The notes under the pieces were generated by a model. The model was not told the DNA's origin. It saw only the letters and a program-made list of their open reading frames with translations, and made no database searches. Made by a program: the position numbers and the translations under genes. Positions 1-13,742 of a DNA stretch of 64,000 nt are shown one piece after another (the stretch's first letter is position 1; each line of letters opens with the position of its first letter). This DNA is from Mobula hypostoma (taxonomy: Eukaryota), in the NCBI RefSeq assembly GCF_963921235.1, contig NC_086097.1:80726001-80790000 (forward strand). The letters are read 5' to 3'.

Positions 1-130
1 GTGGTCTTTCATTGATTCAATTATGGTTACTATGCTTTTATGGATTTATTGAGTATACCTGCAAGAAAATGAATCTCATTGTTGTGTATGGTGACCCATG
101 TATACTTTGATAATAAACTTATTCTGATTT
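1..130 (+). mobile_element. 3' end of a Rex1/Babar- or L2-like LINE
   Basis: Resembles the LINE tail at 15840-15960 (aagaaaatgaatctc...gtgac...gataataaa). Confidence 0.6.
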
Positions 131-134
131 TTGG

Positions 135-910
135 TGAGAGAGGTGAAAGGAGTGGTGATTTGGCTGTAGTTTCTGAGGAACCAGCAGTACAAGTTGGAGA
201 AGCTGAAGAAGAATGGCAGCTGTTCGAGGGAGCACTGCTGGGGCCATTAAATAATGGCACACATGTTCTCTGGGCCCATGGTTATGCCTTGAGGTGAAAG
301 AATGTAACCCAAAAGGAAATGACTGGGCATGTAACTGGCATTTTTCTAACTTGCAGCACAGTTGGTTTTCGAGGAGACACTGGAGGACTGATCGGACATG
401 ACAGATGTGTTCTTGGAGGTCCTTGGAGAAGATGTGGATGCCTTCAAGGTAGATGAACACATACGTGTGTAGCATGTCTGGGAGGATCTCATTAATTAAG
501 GCCTGGAAAATGGCTGGACTGTTGGTGTTGACAATCAGACTTTCCATGTATTTGTACTGGCCAGTGGGTTTTTTGATTGCCATCATCCATTCACCCCCCT
601 GCAGGACACAAATCTGGTTGGACGCACTCCATAGACCCAGTTTGGCAAAGATCTAGGCCCCATGAAGTGTTTCAAATGAAGTGCTGTCCATCAAGTGGAG
701 AGAGTAGCAGTTCTTAATGGTGATTTTTTTGACTCCACAATAGTCCCTCATCTTTCTTCCAGACAAAGAAAAGTCCTGTAGCTGCTGGAGACTGGGATGG
801 CTGAATGAATCCGTGCTGTAGTGCTTCAGTGATGTAGTCATTCATGGGTTAGGTCTGAGGAGGGGAGAGGGAGAACAGACAATCTCTCAGAGGGGTGGTG
901 CCTGTGAGGA
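135..910 (-). mobile_element. Decayed Ty3/Gypsy reverse transcriptase fragment
   Basis: ORF 119-586 reads SPAIFQALINEIL...VFIYLEGIHIFSKDLQEHICHVRSVLQCLLENQL.CKLEKC (YLDD degraded). ITIKNCYSL lies upstream. Frameshifted. Confidence 0.85.
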
Positions 911-913
911 GGA

Positions 914-1010
914 CTGATGTAAGGCTTTCTGCCGAAACATCGACTGTTTACTCTTTTCCATAGATGCTGCCCGACCTGGTGAGTTCCTTCAGTATTTTGT
1001 GTGTGTTGCA
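914..1010 (+). mobile_element. Penelope-like 3' terminal fragment starting at a degenerate hammerhead motif
   Basis: ctgatgtaaggctttctgccgaaacatcgactg, followed by the same tail as the other Penelope copies in the window. Confidence 0.8.
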
Positions 1011-1547
1011 TCCATCATTCAGTTCCTTGTCCTGTTACATATGAGATGATCCATTTTGGGTGACTATGAAGTACTAAGATACAGTATTATCAGTTCTGTT
1101 CACCCCAGCAGTCAACGAGTACTCTTTAAAAAGGTCTCATTGGGCATTTCTCTAAGTAGTATTGTGCTCAACGGCTTGGCTCTGTAGACTGGAATGATTC
1201 CAAGTTCTCATGCCTTCGAAATTGCTTCAATTTCTTTGATAGGTTACAATCCATTTAAACCTACTTAGGCAAAGCAAAGCATTTACTTTCATACAATTCA
1301 CACTTGGTTCTCTTGACCTTTACATGAAGTTCATGTGACTACCGAATACTTCTACTATTCTATATTTGTGGCTAAGAGGACATCACTCTAATTCCATGAA
1401 CAATGATCTCCAACTATTTGCATCTTCTCTTCTGTAGCGTGAATGGTCTTCAGAAATAATTTCACACAATCATTACTTTTGTTTAGGAATAAAGACCTTG
1501 ATGCCCTTTAATTGTCAAATATTGCTAACACTCCTTGTCTGCAGTCA

Positions 1548-2420
1548 AGCTCAAATTTCAAGTTCAAATTTTGAAGTAAATTTATTATCAAAGAATAAAC
1601 ATGTTACCATATACTACCTTGAGATTCATTTTTCTTGCAGGTAATTACAGGAAAAGAAATACAATGACATTTTTTGAAAAACTATATATAAACAAAGACT
1701 TACAAACAATCGATGTGCGAAAGAAGGCAAACCATGTAAATAAAAATAATACTGAGAACATGAGATGTAAAGAGTCCTTGAAAGTGAGTCTGTAGGTTGT
1801 AGAATTAGTTAAGAGTAGTGGAAAATGAAGTTATCCACAGCAGTTCAGGAGCCTAATGGTTGTAGGGCAATAACTGTTCCTGAACATGGTAGTGTGGGAC
1901 CCAAGGCTTCTCTATCTCCTCCCCGTTGTTTCGTAGAGAGAAAGTGGCACAGTCTGGATGGTGGGGGTCTTCGTTGGTGGATGCTGCTTTCTTGTAGCAG
2001 CACTTCTTGTAGGTGAACCTAATGGTGGAGAGGACTTTGCCTGTAATGGACGAGGCTGTACCCGTGATTTTCTGTTGCCTCTTCTATTCCTGGGCGTTGG
2101 TGTTTCCATACCAGGCCATGATGCAACCAGTTAGGATACTCTCCACTCTGCATCTATAGAAGTTGGTCAAAGTTTTTGAAAAACTTCTAAATAAGTGCCT
2201 TCTTAGTGATGATGCTCACACATTGGTCCCGGATAGATCTTTTGATAAGCTAACATCAAGGAATTTAAAGCTACTGACCCTATACCCCACCATTCCTATA
2301 ATAAGGACTAGTTTACTGAGTTCAGCTTCTTCCTTCTGTAGTCGATAATTAGCTCTATGGTTTTGCCTACATTGTGCAAAAGGTTGGTGATGTGGCACCT
2401 CTCAACCAGATTTTCGATTT
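1548..2420 (-). mobile_element. Rex1/Babar-like LINE, 3' part
   Basis: RVSSFKFL motif (ORF 2216-2398) and a (ttgaa)-type tail. Similar to 23255-24120. Confidence 0.8.
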
Positions 2421-3766
2421 TATGCCAATTTGTCCACTGAGCATTTGCATATGAGAGATTTAGTTTGGTGAGAAATTGGGCTCCTGCATTTAGATCTTAT
2501 GAAATAGGCAATGCTCACTAATAGGCAGCAACTCACTAGTTCGATGTCACTTTGAAATCATCAAAAAAGTTGCAGAATCTCGTCTGCGTTTGGAAGCCCC
2601 ACATCATCAAGTTCAGAAACAGCTACTTTCCTACAACTATCAGGGTTTGAGCTGACCTGGCCTACCCTAATCCCACCTCAGTGATGGAAGACTACAGACC
2701 TCTCCTGCATGACTATTGTTGTTCTTTCACTCTGGCTTGTCTTCATTAAGCTCCATTTTATTTTAACCATCTGGTTCTTCAGTGAATATGTGGCAGGTCA
2801 AGGTCTGCAGGAGTTTGATTTGGCCTTGACTCGGTGTGCACATGGGCATCATATCCTGGAACATTTTAGCAAACTTTCCTAACAGTAATGTTCAAGTTTA
2901 ATTTTAAAGTATCCAGCCTGAACCCTTTCCAACCCATGAGCCTAACAATGCCCATCAATATATAAACAGAAATGTTGGAAATACTCGGCAATTCAGGTTG
3001 CTTCTGAGGGACGAGAAGCACCATTAACATATCAGGCAAACTGCCGGTGAGGCTACTTATGGAATATGTGTACTCAATGACCTTGAGCACTACCCGGGGT
3101 ACCACATCCATGTTTCTGTGAATTGAAACCTGGCACTGACCTCTACTTCCTTCCAAATCCATGCCTGAGGAGATACAGACCAATTCTCCTGCTTCCTCTA
3201 ATGAAGTACTTTGGAATCCAGACACATCCACACTTTTCTATTTTCCAACGTCTTCTGGGTCACGTTCACTTGCACAATATAAGCCAATGACTGTTGCAGC
3301 TGAAATCCACCTCCCTGATAGGAGAAGCTGCCTCTTAAGATGAGTGAATTCTTCACATCTCATCATGATATACCCGACACAAGCAAATTGTCTCTATTTC
3401 CACTCATCATGTTAGTAAGACCAGCCCCGATCCTTCTGCATGCATGATAACTTCCACACCCATCTGCTCTACCCTAAAACTTTACTCTCCTGCCCAAGGC
3501 TGCTGCAAAACCTAATCATTTTTGCTAGAAATTGTGCAGTAAATCCAGGTAAAAATGAAAGTGGAAACGCAAGTTGTATTAACGCATTACATTTGTTCTG
3601 CCCTTTGGACAATTCTTTTATGTTTTTCTATGTGATTAAGCACATTCAACTTTTATTTTAATCTGTATTGGGTCACTTCCTGTGCAGCCAGGAAGTAGTA
3701 AGTAGCAAAGCATATTGGCTGAAAGTAGGCCAGAGGTTTATTTTCAGAGTGAAAGAAGTTTCTATC

Positions 3767-4385
3767 TGTAGGGGTTTCCTCTTTCATGTTACTGCCTAGG
3801 TGAATAAAATGGCTTCTCTGCACTGTTAACTGCTGAGACAGTGGTTCTCTATAGCAGTATGTTTGGATTATAATTAGTGATAATGGGACTTCTATTCATT
3901 TGTTAACCAAATGGGATAGATGTTATTCTCTCTGTCTGTGTGAAAGCTGTTAGTTTGCGTGGGCTTCGGGGGAGAAGGCGCGAGGAGGATGAAGAGAGAA
4001 GAGGTGGCTTGAAGAGATGGTTGCGGGACCCGCTGGGCCTGGGCTCGGGGCGGGAGCCCAATGGTTGACGACAAGCGAAGGAGGATCAGCGAAAGGGAAT
4101 CTGTGAGCTCCAACGTTTGTGCACTGGACATGTTTATGAGATTATTGGCGCTCTTTATTTGTTTTCCTTTTCTTTTGTTTCTCTACTAACCCCATACTTA
4201 AATATAAAATCTTAATCGTTTAACCGCACATTGTGGACTGAATGTTATTTTGGGGTACTGATGTTACACAGGGGACACAACGCACAGCATCCACACAAAC
4301 TTGATTACCCAGTTTGGCGAGGCCAAAGGCTGCTCCCCCTAGACGGAAGCGAGCTGAGCGAGCCTGAGGTTTACCAGGGGGTACA
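3767..4385. mobile_element. Solo LTR
   Basis: TGTA...TACA termini with perfect 4-bp TSD TATC (3763-3766 / 4386-4389). Homologous, in opposite orientation, to 34362-35075. Confidence 0.9.
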
Positions 4386-4794
4386 TATCTAAAACCATCC
4401 TGTTGTTTCCCCAGCAGAAGCATGAAGTTGAGCTAAAGTTATCAGTAAGATTTTGCTGAAATACAATGTTATTTTGGAGTTTATTAGACACAAATCTAGA
4501 TGCTAATGGTTTACCCATATTATTTATCTGTAGTATTTATTTGTCAGAATCTTATAATATTTATCTACAGGAAACATAGGTAAGATCTTACTTATCTTTT
4601 GTGAATGGAACATGCAGTAATTGCACTGTATTTTGTTGTTGACGTTGTAGTGAACGACGGAGTAGAGGGAGACAGAGTAGGAAGGCTTCGGCTCCTGAGA
4701 CTTCAGCAAGCAGAGGCTGAGGACCAGCTTCACTCCAAGTGAGGTAAGGCCAGGTAATTTCCTTTAATAAATCTAATTACCTTAAGAGTAGGTA

Positions 4795-5736
4795 ATGGAG
4801 GCAGCAGTTAGGGCAGTTGAGTGCTCTGTTTGCAGTATGTGGGAAGTCAAGGCGAGCACAATCATCCCTGATGACTACACCTGTAAAAGGTGCATCCAGC
4901 TGCAGCTCCTGACAAACCAAGTTAGGGAACTGGAGCTGGAGCTGGATGAACTTCGGATCATTCGGGAGGCAGAGGCAGAAATAAACAGGAGTTACAGGGA
5001 GATAGTCACCCCTAAGAGTCAGGAGACAGGTAGTTGGGTGACTGTCAGGAGAGGGAAGGGGAACAGATAGAATGAGCAGAGCACCCCTGTGGCCGTTCTC
5101 ACCAATAATAAGTACATCATTTTGGATACTGTTGATGGGGTTCACCTACCAGGGACAAGTTGCAGTGGTTGCGTCTCTGGCACCAAGACGGGACCCTCAG
5201 CTCAGAAGGGAAGGAGGGAAAGGAGGAGAGCAGTAGTGATCGGGGATTCAATAGTTAGGGGGACAGATAAGAGGTTCCGTGGAAGAGATCGAGAATCCTG
5301 GATGGTCTGTTGCCTCCCTGGTGCCAATGTCCGCGATATCTCGGATCAAGTTCTCAGTATTCTCAAGAGGGAGGGTGAGCAGCTGGATGTTGTGGTCCAA
5401 GTAGGGACCAATGACATGGGTAGGAAGAGTGAGGAGGTCCTGAAAGGTGAGTTCAGGGAGTTAGGCGCCAAGTTAAAGGACAGGACCTCCAGGATAGCAA
5501 TCTCAGGATTGCTACCAGTGCCATGTGCAGGCGGGTTTAGAAATAGTAAGATAGCGCAGATCAACACATGGCTGAAGACATGGTGTAGGAGGGAGGGCTT
5601 CATATTTATAGATAATTGGGCAGTTTTCCAGGGAAGGTGGAACCTGTTCCAGCGAGACGGTTTACAACTGAACTGGAGGGGGACAAATATTCTTGCAGGT
5701 AGGTTTGCTAGAGAGGCTCCAGTGGATTTAAACTAG
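4795..5736 (+). pseudogene. CR1 ORF1: CxxC..CxxC zinc finger, leucine zipper, SGNH/GDSL esterase; in-frame stop at 5068-5070
   Basis: CSVCSMW..CKRC, VRELELELDEL, VIGDSIVR, VGTND and DGLQLN (catalytic His replaced). Confidence 0.9.
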
Positions 5737-5849
5737 ATATCGGGGGGAGGGGGAACCAGAGTGTAGGGACAGATGTAGGGGAGAAGGAAGAAAAAGAAAA
5801 TAGTAAAGTTGGTTGCATCGTTAGTGATAAACAGAGAGTAGGAGGTGGA

Positions 5850-8663
5850 AAATTTCTTAAATGCATTTATTTTAATGCAAGGGGCATTATAAGAAAGGTA
5901 GATGAGCTTAAAGCATGGATTGATACCCGGAAGAATGATGTGGTAGATATTAGTGAAACATGGTTACAGGAGGGGTGTGATTGGGAACTAAATATTCCTG
6001 GATTTCATTGCTTCAGGTGTGATAAAATAGGAGGGACAAGAGGGGGAGGTGTTGCATTGCTTGTTAGAGAAAATATTACAGCGGTGCTCTGGCAGAATAG
6101 ATTAGAGGGCTCATCTAGGAGGCTATTTGGGTGGAATTGAGGAATGGGAAAGGTGTAGTAACACTTATTGGGGTGTATTATAGACCACCTAATGGGGACC
6201 GAGAATTGGAGGAGCAAATTTGTAAGGAGATAGCAGATATTTGTAGTAAGCATAAGGTAGTGATTGTGGGAGATTTTAATTTTCCACACATAGACTGGGA
6301 AGCCCATACTGTAAAAGGGTTGGATGGTTTGGAGTTTGTAAAATGTGTTCAGGATAGTTTTTTGCAGCAATACATAGAGGTACCAACTAGAGAAGGGGTA
6401 GTGTTGGATCTCATGTTAGGGAATGAGATAGGTCAGGTGACAGAGGTTTGTGTTAGGGAGCACTTCGGGTCCAGTAATCGCAGTGCCATTGGTTTCAATA
6501 TAAGTATGGAGAAGGATAGGTCTGGACCCAGGGTTGAGATTTTTGATTGGAGAAAGGCTAACTTTAAGGAGATGCGAAAGGATTTAGAAGGAGTGGATTG
6601 GGACAATTTGTTTTATGGGAAGGATGGAATATAGAAATGGAGGTCATTTAAAGTTGAAATTTTGAGGGTACAGAATCTTTATTTTCCTGTTAGGTTGAAA
6701 GGAAAGGTTAAGAGTTTGAGAGAGCCATGGTTTTCAAGGGATATTGGAAACTTGGTTCGGAAAAAGAGAGATATCTACAATAAATATAGGCAGCATGGAG
6801 TAAATGAGGTGCTCGACGAATATGAAGAATGTAAAACGAATCTTAAGAAAGAAATTAGAAAAGCTAAAAGAAGATATGAGGTTGCTTTGGCAAGTAAGGT
6901 GAAAATAAATCCAAAGGGTTTCTACAGTTATATTAATAGCAAAAGGATAGTGAGGTATAAAATTGGTCCCTTAGAGAATCAGAGTGGACAGCTATGTGTG
7001 GAGACAAAAGAGATGGGGAAGATTCTGAACAATTTCTTTTCTTTGGTATTCACTAAAGAGAAGGATATTGAATTTTGTAAGGTAAGGGAAACAGGTAGGG
7101 TAGTTATGGGAACTATGAGGATTAAAGAAGAGGAAGTACTGGCACTTTTAAGGAATATAAAAGTGGATAAGTCTCCGGGTCCTGACAGGATATTCCCTAG
7201 GACCTTGAGGGAAGTTAGTATGGAAATAGCAGGGGCTCTGACAGAAATATTTCAAATGTCATTAGAAATGGGGATGGTGCCGGAGGATTGGCGTATTGCT
7301 CATGTGGTTCCATTGTTTAAAAAGGGTTCTAAGAGTAAACCTAGCAATTATCGGTCTGTGAGTTTGATGTCAGTGGTGGGTAAATTGATGGAAAGTATTC
7401 TTAGAGATGGTATATATAATTATCTGGATAGACAGGGTTTGATTAGGAACAGTCAACATGGATTTGTGCGTGGAAGGTCATGTTTGACAAATCTCATTGA
7501 ATTTTTTGAAGAGGTTACTAGGAAAGTTGACGAAGGTAAAGTGCTGGATGTTGCCTATATGCACTTCAATAAGGCCTTTGACAAGGTTCCACATGGAAGG
7601 TTAATTAGGAAGGTTCAATTGTTAGGTATTAATATTGAAGTAGTAAAATGGATTCAGCAGTGGCTGGATGGGAGACGCCAGACAGTAGTGATGGATAACT
7701 GTTTGTCAGATTGGAGGCCAGTGACTAGTGGTGTGCCTCAGGGATCTGTACTGGGTCCAATGTTACTTGTCATATACATTAATGATCTGGATGATGGGGT
7801 GGTAAATTGTCTGGGTAAGTATGCAGATGATTCTAAGATAGATGGAGTTGTGGATAATGAAGAAGGTTCTCAAAGCTTGCAGAGAGATTTAGACCAGTTA
7901 GAAGAGTGGGGTGAAAGATGGCAGATGGAGTTTAATGCTGATAAATGTGAGGTGCTACATTTTGATAGGACTAATCAAAATAGGATATACATGGTAAATG
8001 GTAGGGCATTGAAGAATGCAGTAGTACAAAGGTATCTAGGAATAATGGCGCATAGTTCCTTGAAGGTGGAATCTCATGTGGATAGCGTGGTGATAAAAGC
8101 TTTTGGTATGCTGGCCTTTATAAATCAGAGCATTGAGTATAAGAGTTGGGATGTAATGTTGAAATTGTACAAGGCATTGGTAAGGCCAGATTTGGAGTAT
8201 TGCGTACAGTTCTGGTCACTGAATTATAGGAAAGATGTCAACAAGATAGAGAGAGTACAGAGAAGATTTACTAGAATGTTACCTGGGTTTCATCACCTAA
8301 GTTACAGAGAAAGGATGAACAATTTAGGTATTTATTCCTTAGATTGTAGAAGGTTGAGGGGGCACTTGATAGAGGTATTTAAAATTATGAGGGGGATAGA
8401 TAGAGTTGACGTGGATAGGCTTTTTCCATTGAGAGTAGGGGAGATTCAAACAAGAGGACATGAGTTGAGAGTTAAAGGGCAAAAATTTAGGGGTAACATG
8501 AGGGGGGAACTTCTTTACTCAGAGAGTGGTAGCTGTGTGGAATGAGCTTCCAGCATAAGTGGTTGAGGTAGGTTCAATGTTGTCATTTAAAGTTAAATTG
8601 GATAGCTATATGGACAGGAAAGGAATGGAGGGTTATGGGCTGAGTGCAGGTCAGTGGGACTAG
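5850..8663 (+). pseudogene. CR1 ORF2: APE endonuclease plus reverse transcriptase, disrupted
   Basis: FNARG, ISETW, YRPP, VGDFN, KAFDKVPH, GVPQGSVLGP and YADD. Frameshift near 6120, stop at 6632-6634, frameshift near 8505. Confidence 0.95.
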
Positions 8664-10791
8664 GTGAGAATAAGCGTTCGGCACAGACTAGAAGGGCCGA
8701 GATGGCCTGTTTCTGCGCTGTAATTATTATATGGTTATATATATATTATATGGTTATTTTTCAGTTTCACTCCTTATTCCTATGTCACACCATTGAGTCT
8801 GCAATAAAACCAAGGAGCTCGGAGGCTATACCCTGACCGTCATGTCATTTTTGAATTGTGTTTGGCTGACTGTCTGGTTGATGTTACAACACCTCAGTGA
8901 GGCCAGTACACCATCACATCATGGCTTATCTAGCAGTAGTAAAGAGCAATTATAGAGCATAGGGAGCCATTTTGATCAAAGATAATAAGACGTCTCTGTG
9001 AAAAAGGAAATGGATTAAGCTGAGAGAAAAGGACAAGTGGATTACTACACTCTGATGAAACTGGCTGCAGCTGGAAACCCAGAATGCACATGAATTATTG
9101 TAATAAAACTGCATCATTTCACAAATTGAATCTGATATTTATAACTCGCAGTGCTGCAATCATAATCAAATGTTCAAATGAAACTGATTTTCCTCTGTAT
9201 TGCTGTTGGGATTTGGAACACTAACATCTGCTGAGTGAAGTTACTCATCATATTACATCTGCAGTTAAAACCAGATCCTAATATTGCTCAATGGAATATG
9301 AGAAATTTCAGTGTTTTTTTTTTCTCTCAGCAAGTGCAAATTGAACTCCTCACCGAATATCACCATTTCTATGAGCATTGGCACACAATTTGTATGGGAA
9401 GGGAAAGAAAAAACTTGCTGTAGATGAACACTTAAAGTCACAAGAGTGCATGCCAAGTACTGGTAAATGAAGGTTCTCGACAGCTAGCTTCAGCACATGA
9501 TGGTCCGAAAGGCAAGAGTCTGTTCTGGATGACTGTGTCCCAAAGTAATCATCAAGAAGCACATTTTGGGAGGGAGATCTCACCCCTGTGGAATATTCCA
9601 CAGCCCATTCCTCCATACAGACTTTTTAGTTGAAACCTACCTGTATCTTGTTCCCTTGGTGTTTGCTCACTTCTTAAACCCTCAGGCAACCCAACCCTAT
9701 TAAAATGTGGCTGCTATCATTATTTTGTTGACATTTTCCAAATGTTTGTCACTGAAGTACTGACAAGTTTTGAATTATAATCCTCTTGATCCTTGCAATT
9801 TCTTTTCTCAGTTTCAGTGTCACATAACATTTCTTTAATGCTAATCTCCTTAAAAATGAGAGATTAAGTGTTGAAAATTTTGGCTTAATTGCAGGTTCCG
9901 ACTGTATGAAGATTGGTTTCACTATTAGTAAATGGCAGACAAAAACTGTCATAAGATTAGCCAAGAAATATCTGAAAGCTAAGATGATTATTATGTTGAT
10001 TGAGTGTAATAAAAATTGGAACTGCCAGAAGGTTGCACAATCTTTTATGAAGAATGACAAGCTTCATCACATCCCATCACATTGTGCCCAGATACTTATA
10101 GAGAGTTACCTGTTCCCTATTGATATCACCAATACCTGGTATGTGGTAGATAGTTGAAGCTTACTATGTCTCGATGCTGCTACAATACTTTAAATTCAGT
10201 AGATAACACGTAGTCTAAATTCAATTACAGCAGGTTAGTAAACACCTGAGTGAATGGCTGGCCACAAGGACTTGCATGTGTCATTTCTTGACAAGGTCAT
10301 TTCTCTTTGCTACAATGGGGAGTGACCTATTTCAGCCACCAGTCACTTCCAAAACAATACATTTACAGAGGAATGTTTTTGATAGATTTCAAGTAAGATC
10401 AATAAACATTCCATGGGACCTAAAGCAACAATGTTGATGAAGCTGGGGAGCTGGTAGATATCTCTAGAGTGCATCAGGCAAATCTAACTGTCAAGGTGTC
10501 TAACATTCCTTGACTGACAATGAGGATCAGATAGAATTTATATCTAACTTGCCACTAGGAGACAGATAAAGTTCATCATACTGAATATCTTGATTGTCCT
10601 TCAAAAGTGTTTAACAACAATATTGTGTTCCACAACTTTCTGTGAAAACTTGGAAAGAATAAAGAATCAGCTATTAGAAGCAACTAATCAGCAAGAGACA
10701 GGCATAGTTTCATGTCCCTATCTCAAAGGAGAACTATTGAATGACTTTTTTCCTACATATCACATATGGCAATCTTAGATGACACTCTGGA

Positions 10792-12404
10792 TTCAGAATC
10801 AGAATCAGGTTTAATATTACCAGCATGTGTTGTGAAATTTGTTAATTTAGCAGCAGCCGTTCAATGCAATACATAATATAGAAGAAGAAGAGAAAAAAAG
10901 AATCAATTACGGTATACGTATATTGAATATTGTATATTGTAGTCTGTCAGAATGCTCTCCACGATACATCTATAGAAGATTTTGAGTGTATTTGTTGACA
11001 TGACAAATCTCTTCCTAATGAAGTATAGTCGCTGTCTTGCCTTCTTTATAACTGTATTGATATGTTGGGACCAGGTTAGGTCCTCAGAGACACCCAGGAA
11101 CTTGAAGCTGCTCACTCTCTTCACTTCTGATCCCTCTATTATGATTGGTATGTGTTCCTTCATCTTGCCTTGCTGGAAGTCCACAATTAGCTCTTTTGTC
11201 GTACTGACATTAAGTGCCAGGTTGTTGCAGCGGCACCATTCTACTAGTTGGCACATCTCCCTCCTGTATGCCCTCTCATCACCATCTGAGATTCTACCAA
11301 CAATGGTTGTATCATCAGCAAATTTATAGATGGTATTTGAGCTATGCCTAGCCATACAGTCATGTGTATATAGAGAGTAGAGCAGTGGGCTAAGCACATA
11401 CCCCTGAGGTGTGCCAGTGTTGATTGTCAGTGAGGAGGATATCTTATCATCAATCTGCACAGATTGTGGTCTTCCAGTTAGGAGTTTGAGGATCCAATTG
11501 CAGAGGGAGGTACAGAGGCCCAGGTTCTGCAACTTCTCAATCATAATTCCAATCTGGAAATTTTCTTTGGACTTGTGGGACTTGATTATCCTCATCAGTG
11601 GTGGTGCTGCCAATTCCCTCTTGAAGATGGTTTTGAAGTCCCTGAAGTATTAGTCTGTTTCCATCTTACTAGTTGTGCTGCCTACAAAAGTGTTCAGAAT
11701 AAGAACCCAAGTAAGTGGGTGAGCCTAGAGTCAGAGTTGAGGCCTACCCCTCCCTCTGTATACCATAGTACCAGTTGCTTATGTGGGCTTGTTCTGCTCA
11801 GGGAAAGAGCATACCCAGCGTTTGTGATGGAGGTGTCTGACATGCCATCTGGAAGGTATTGCTTTTGTGTTGACTCAGGCTGTTGCTTGGTTTGTCTGTA
11901 AGACAGCTCTGCCAATTTAGACAGCACTACCTGTTTTATGAGGAGGACTTTGCAAGATTGTTTTGCTGAGAAATTACTGATTTCTCCGATCTGTGTCTAG
12001 GTTAATGCTGTTTTGTCTGGTTTTAAACTTTTCTGGTGTTCTGGTACAACTGAGAAACTTGACCATATTGCTATAGATCTGATTTGGGATGTTGGAAATG
12101 ATGACAGGTTTATGCGTGCATAGTCTCTCTTGTGGGCTAGCTCACCTCCTGTTTAAATTACTAACTGAAGGCAGGCATGGATACAAGATGGTCATTTCAA
12201 AACAAGTGCATTGCAGAAGATGTTGAATCTAGTGTTTCCCATCTTGGAGGGCTGTGGAAGCTTCTCAATCAGGATTGTGGGAATGATGGTATTAAATGCT
12301 GAGTTGTAGTCGATAAACAGCATCCTAACGTAGGTGTTTGTGTTGCTTAGGTGGTCTAAAGCCGTGTGGAGAGTCATTGAGATTGCATCTTCCATTGACC
12401 TATG
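10792..12404 (-). mobile_element. Rex1/Babar-like LINE split by a 717-bp insert (11544-12260)
   Basis: [20 protein letters not shown] and [13 protein letters not shown], with a (ttctga)n tail. Confidence 0.9.
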
Positions 12405-12919
12405 GAAGGAAATCTGTAGAGTAGATTTGGAGATACTGTTACACAGCTGTTAGAAACATCTTGACCTGATAAGTATTTTCTGTTTTTATTGGAGACGGTG
12501 TTGCCACAGAGAGATTAATAACTGGGCACCATAAGTAAAACGTTTTTACTAATAAATCCAGCTGGGAATTCAGAATGAATTTCTTTACCCAGTAAGTGCT
12601 GAGAATTCAGAAAGCGCTACAACAAACAGATGAGATAAACAGCAAAGATGTGCTCAAGCAGATGCTGGAGAAATGCAGAGGGATGGGGGGAGGTAATGTA
12701 GAGTATATCACCCCTGAAATGAACCAGCTGGACTGAAACATCTGTGTCAATTCTGCATATTAGAGTTATACAGAGATTCCGCTCAGAAATAGAACCTATG
12801 TCTCATTCAGTCTGCATTAATTAATTTTATACTAACCCATTTTTTATTCTCCCCACATTATCAATTTTACATTTTTGTAAAGTTCTCTCTGTGTAGTGGT
12901 GTGAACATGCTTTTGCATT

Positions 12920-13391
12920 AAACACAAAATAATTTGCAGATGCTGGGGTCAAAGCAACACTCACAACGCGCTGGAGGAACTCAGCAGGTCGGGCAGCATC
13001 CGTTGGAAAAGATCGGTCGACGTTTTGGGCCGGAACCCTTCATCAGGACTGTATGGGGAAGGGGAAGAGGCCCTATAAAGAAGGTGGGGGGAGGGTGGAA
13101 AGGAGAAGGCTGGTAGGTTCCAGGTGAAAAACCAGTAAGGGGAAAGATAAAGGGGTGGGGGAGGGGAGGCAGGGAGGTGACAGGCAGGAAAGGTGAAGAA
13201 GGAATAGGGCAAAACACAATGGGTAGTAGAAGGAGACGGAACCAAGAGGGAGGTGGTAGGGAGCTGGGGAAGGGGGCAGAGTGACATAGGGATAGGGGAA
13301 GGGAGGGGGAGGGAATTACTGGAAGTTGGAGAATTCTATGTTCATACCAAGGGGCTGGAGACTACCTAGGCGGTACATGAGGTGTTGCTCC
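12920..13391 (-). mobile_element. Penelope-like element 3' end: GIY-YIG C-terminus, pyrimidine-rich UTR, hammerhead motif
   Basis: Minus strand translates EQHLMYRLGSLQPLGMNIEFSNFQ*. cagtc-ctgatga-agggttccggccc-aaaa-cgtc-gaccg lies at 13014-13051. Confidence 0.9.
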
Positions 13392-13742
13392 ATCAAATTC
13401 CTAATGAAGTATAGACGCTTCAGTAACTAAAGGTAATGAAACTGTCTTGAGGTCACCCTTTATTGTAACAATTTATGCTAGGGGCACGAAAAGCAAAATG
13501 AAAATAAACTCCGAATGTACTGCAGAGCAACCTACCTTTGTTGAGGCAAGATTATACTCAATTTCTCTACAAACACATTAGCTAGAACATGAATAGAACA
13601 TTTCCATTGCATTACAGCCATCCAACAACTAATCAATTGGTGTGGCCTGTGATCGCCATCAGTCATTCCTCAGTATCACAAAGAGAAATAGGACTGTCAG
13701 GATGTGAGTCAATCTCCAACTGCCTGATTTAATACTCCTGAT

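Larger units (their letters stand above)
4657..8757 (+). mobile_element. Full-length CR1-clade LINE, inactivated
   Basis: 5' UTR, ORF1 (zinc finger, zipper, esterase), ORF2 (APE and RT) and an (atatggtt)-type 3' tail. Confidence 0.95.

Noticed and set aside
5089..5736. Horizontally acquired SGNH esterase gene
   Set aside because: The esterase is a known domain of CR1 ORF1 and sits in its expected position.
4657..8757. Potentially active CR1
   Set aside because: Stops in ORF1 and ORF2, two frameshifts, and an RT motif Asp changed to His (YMHFNKAFD).
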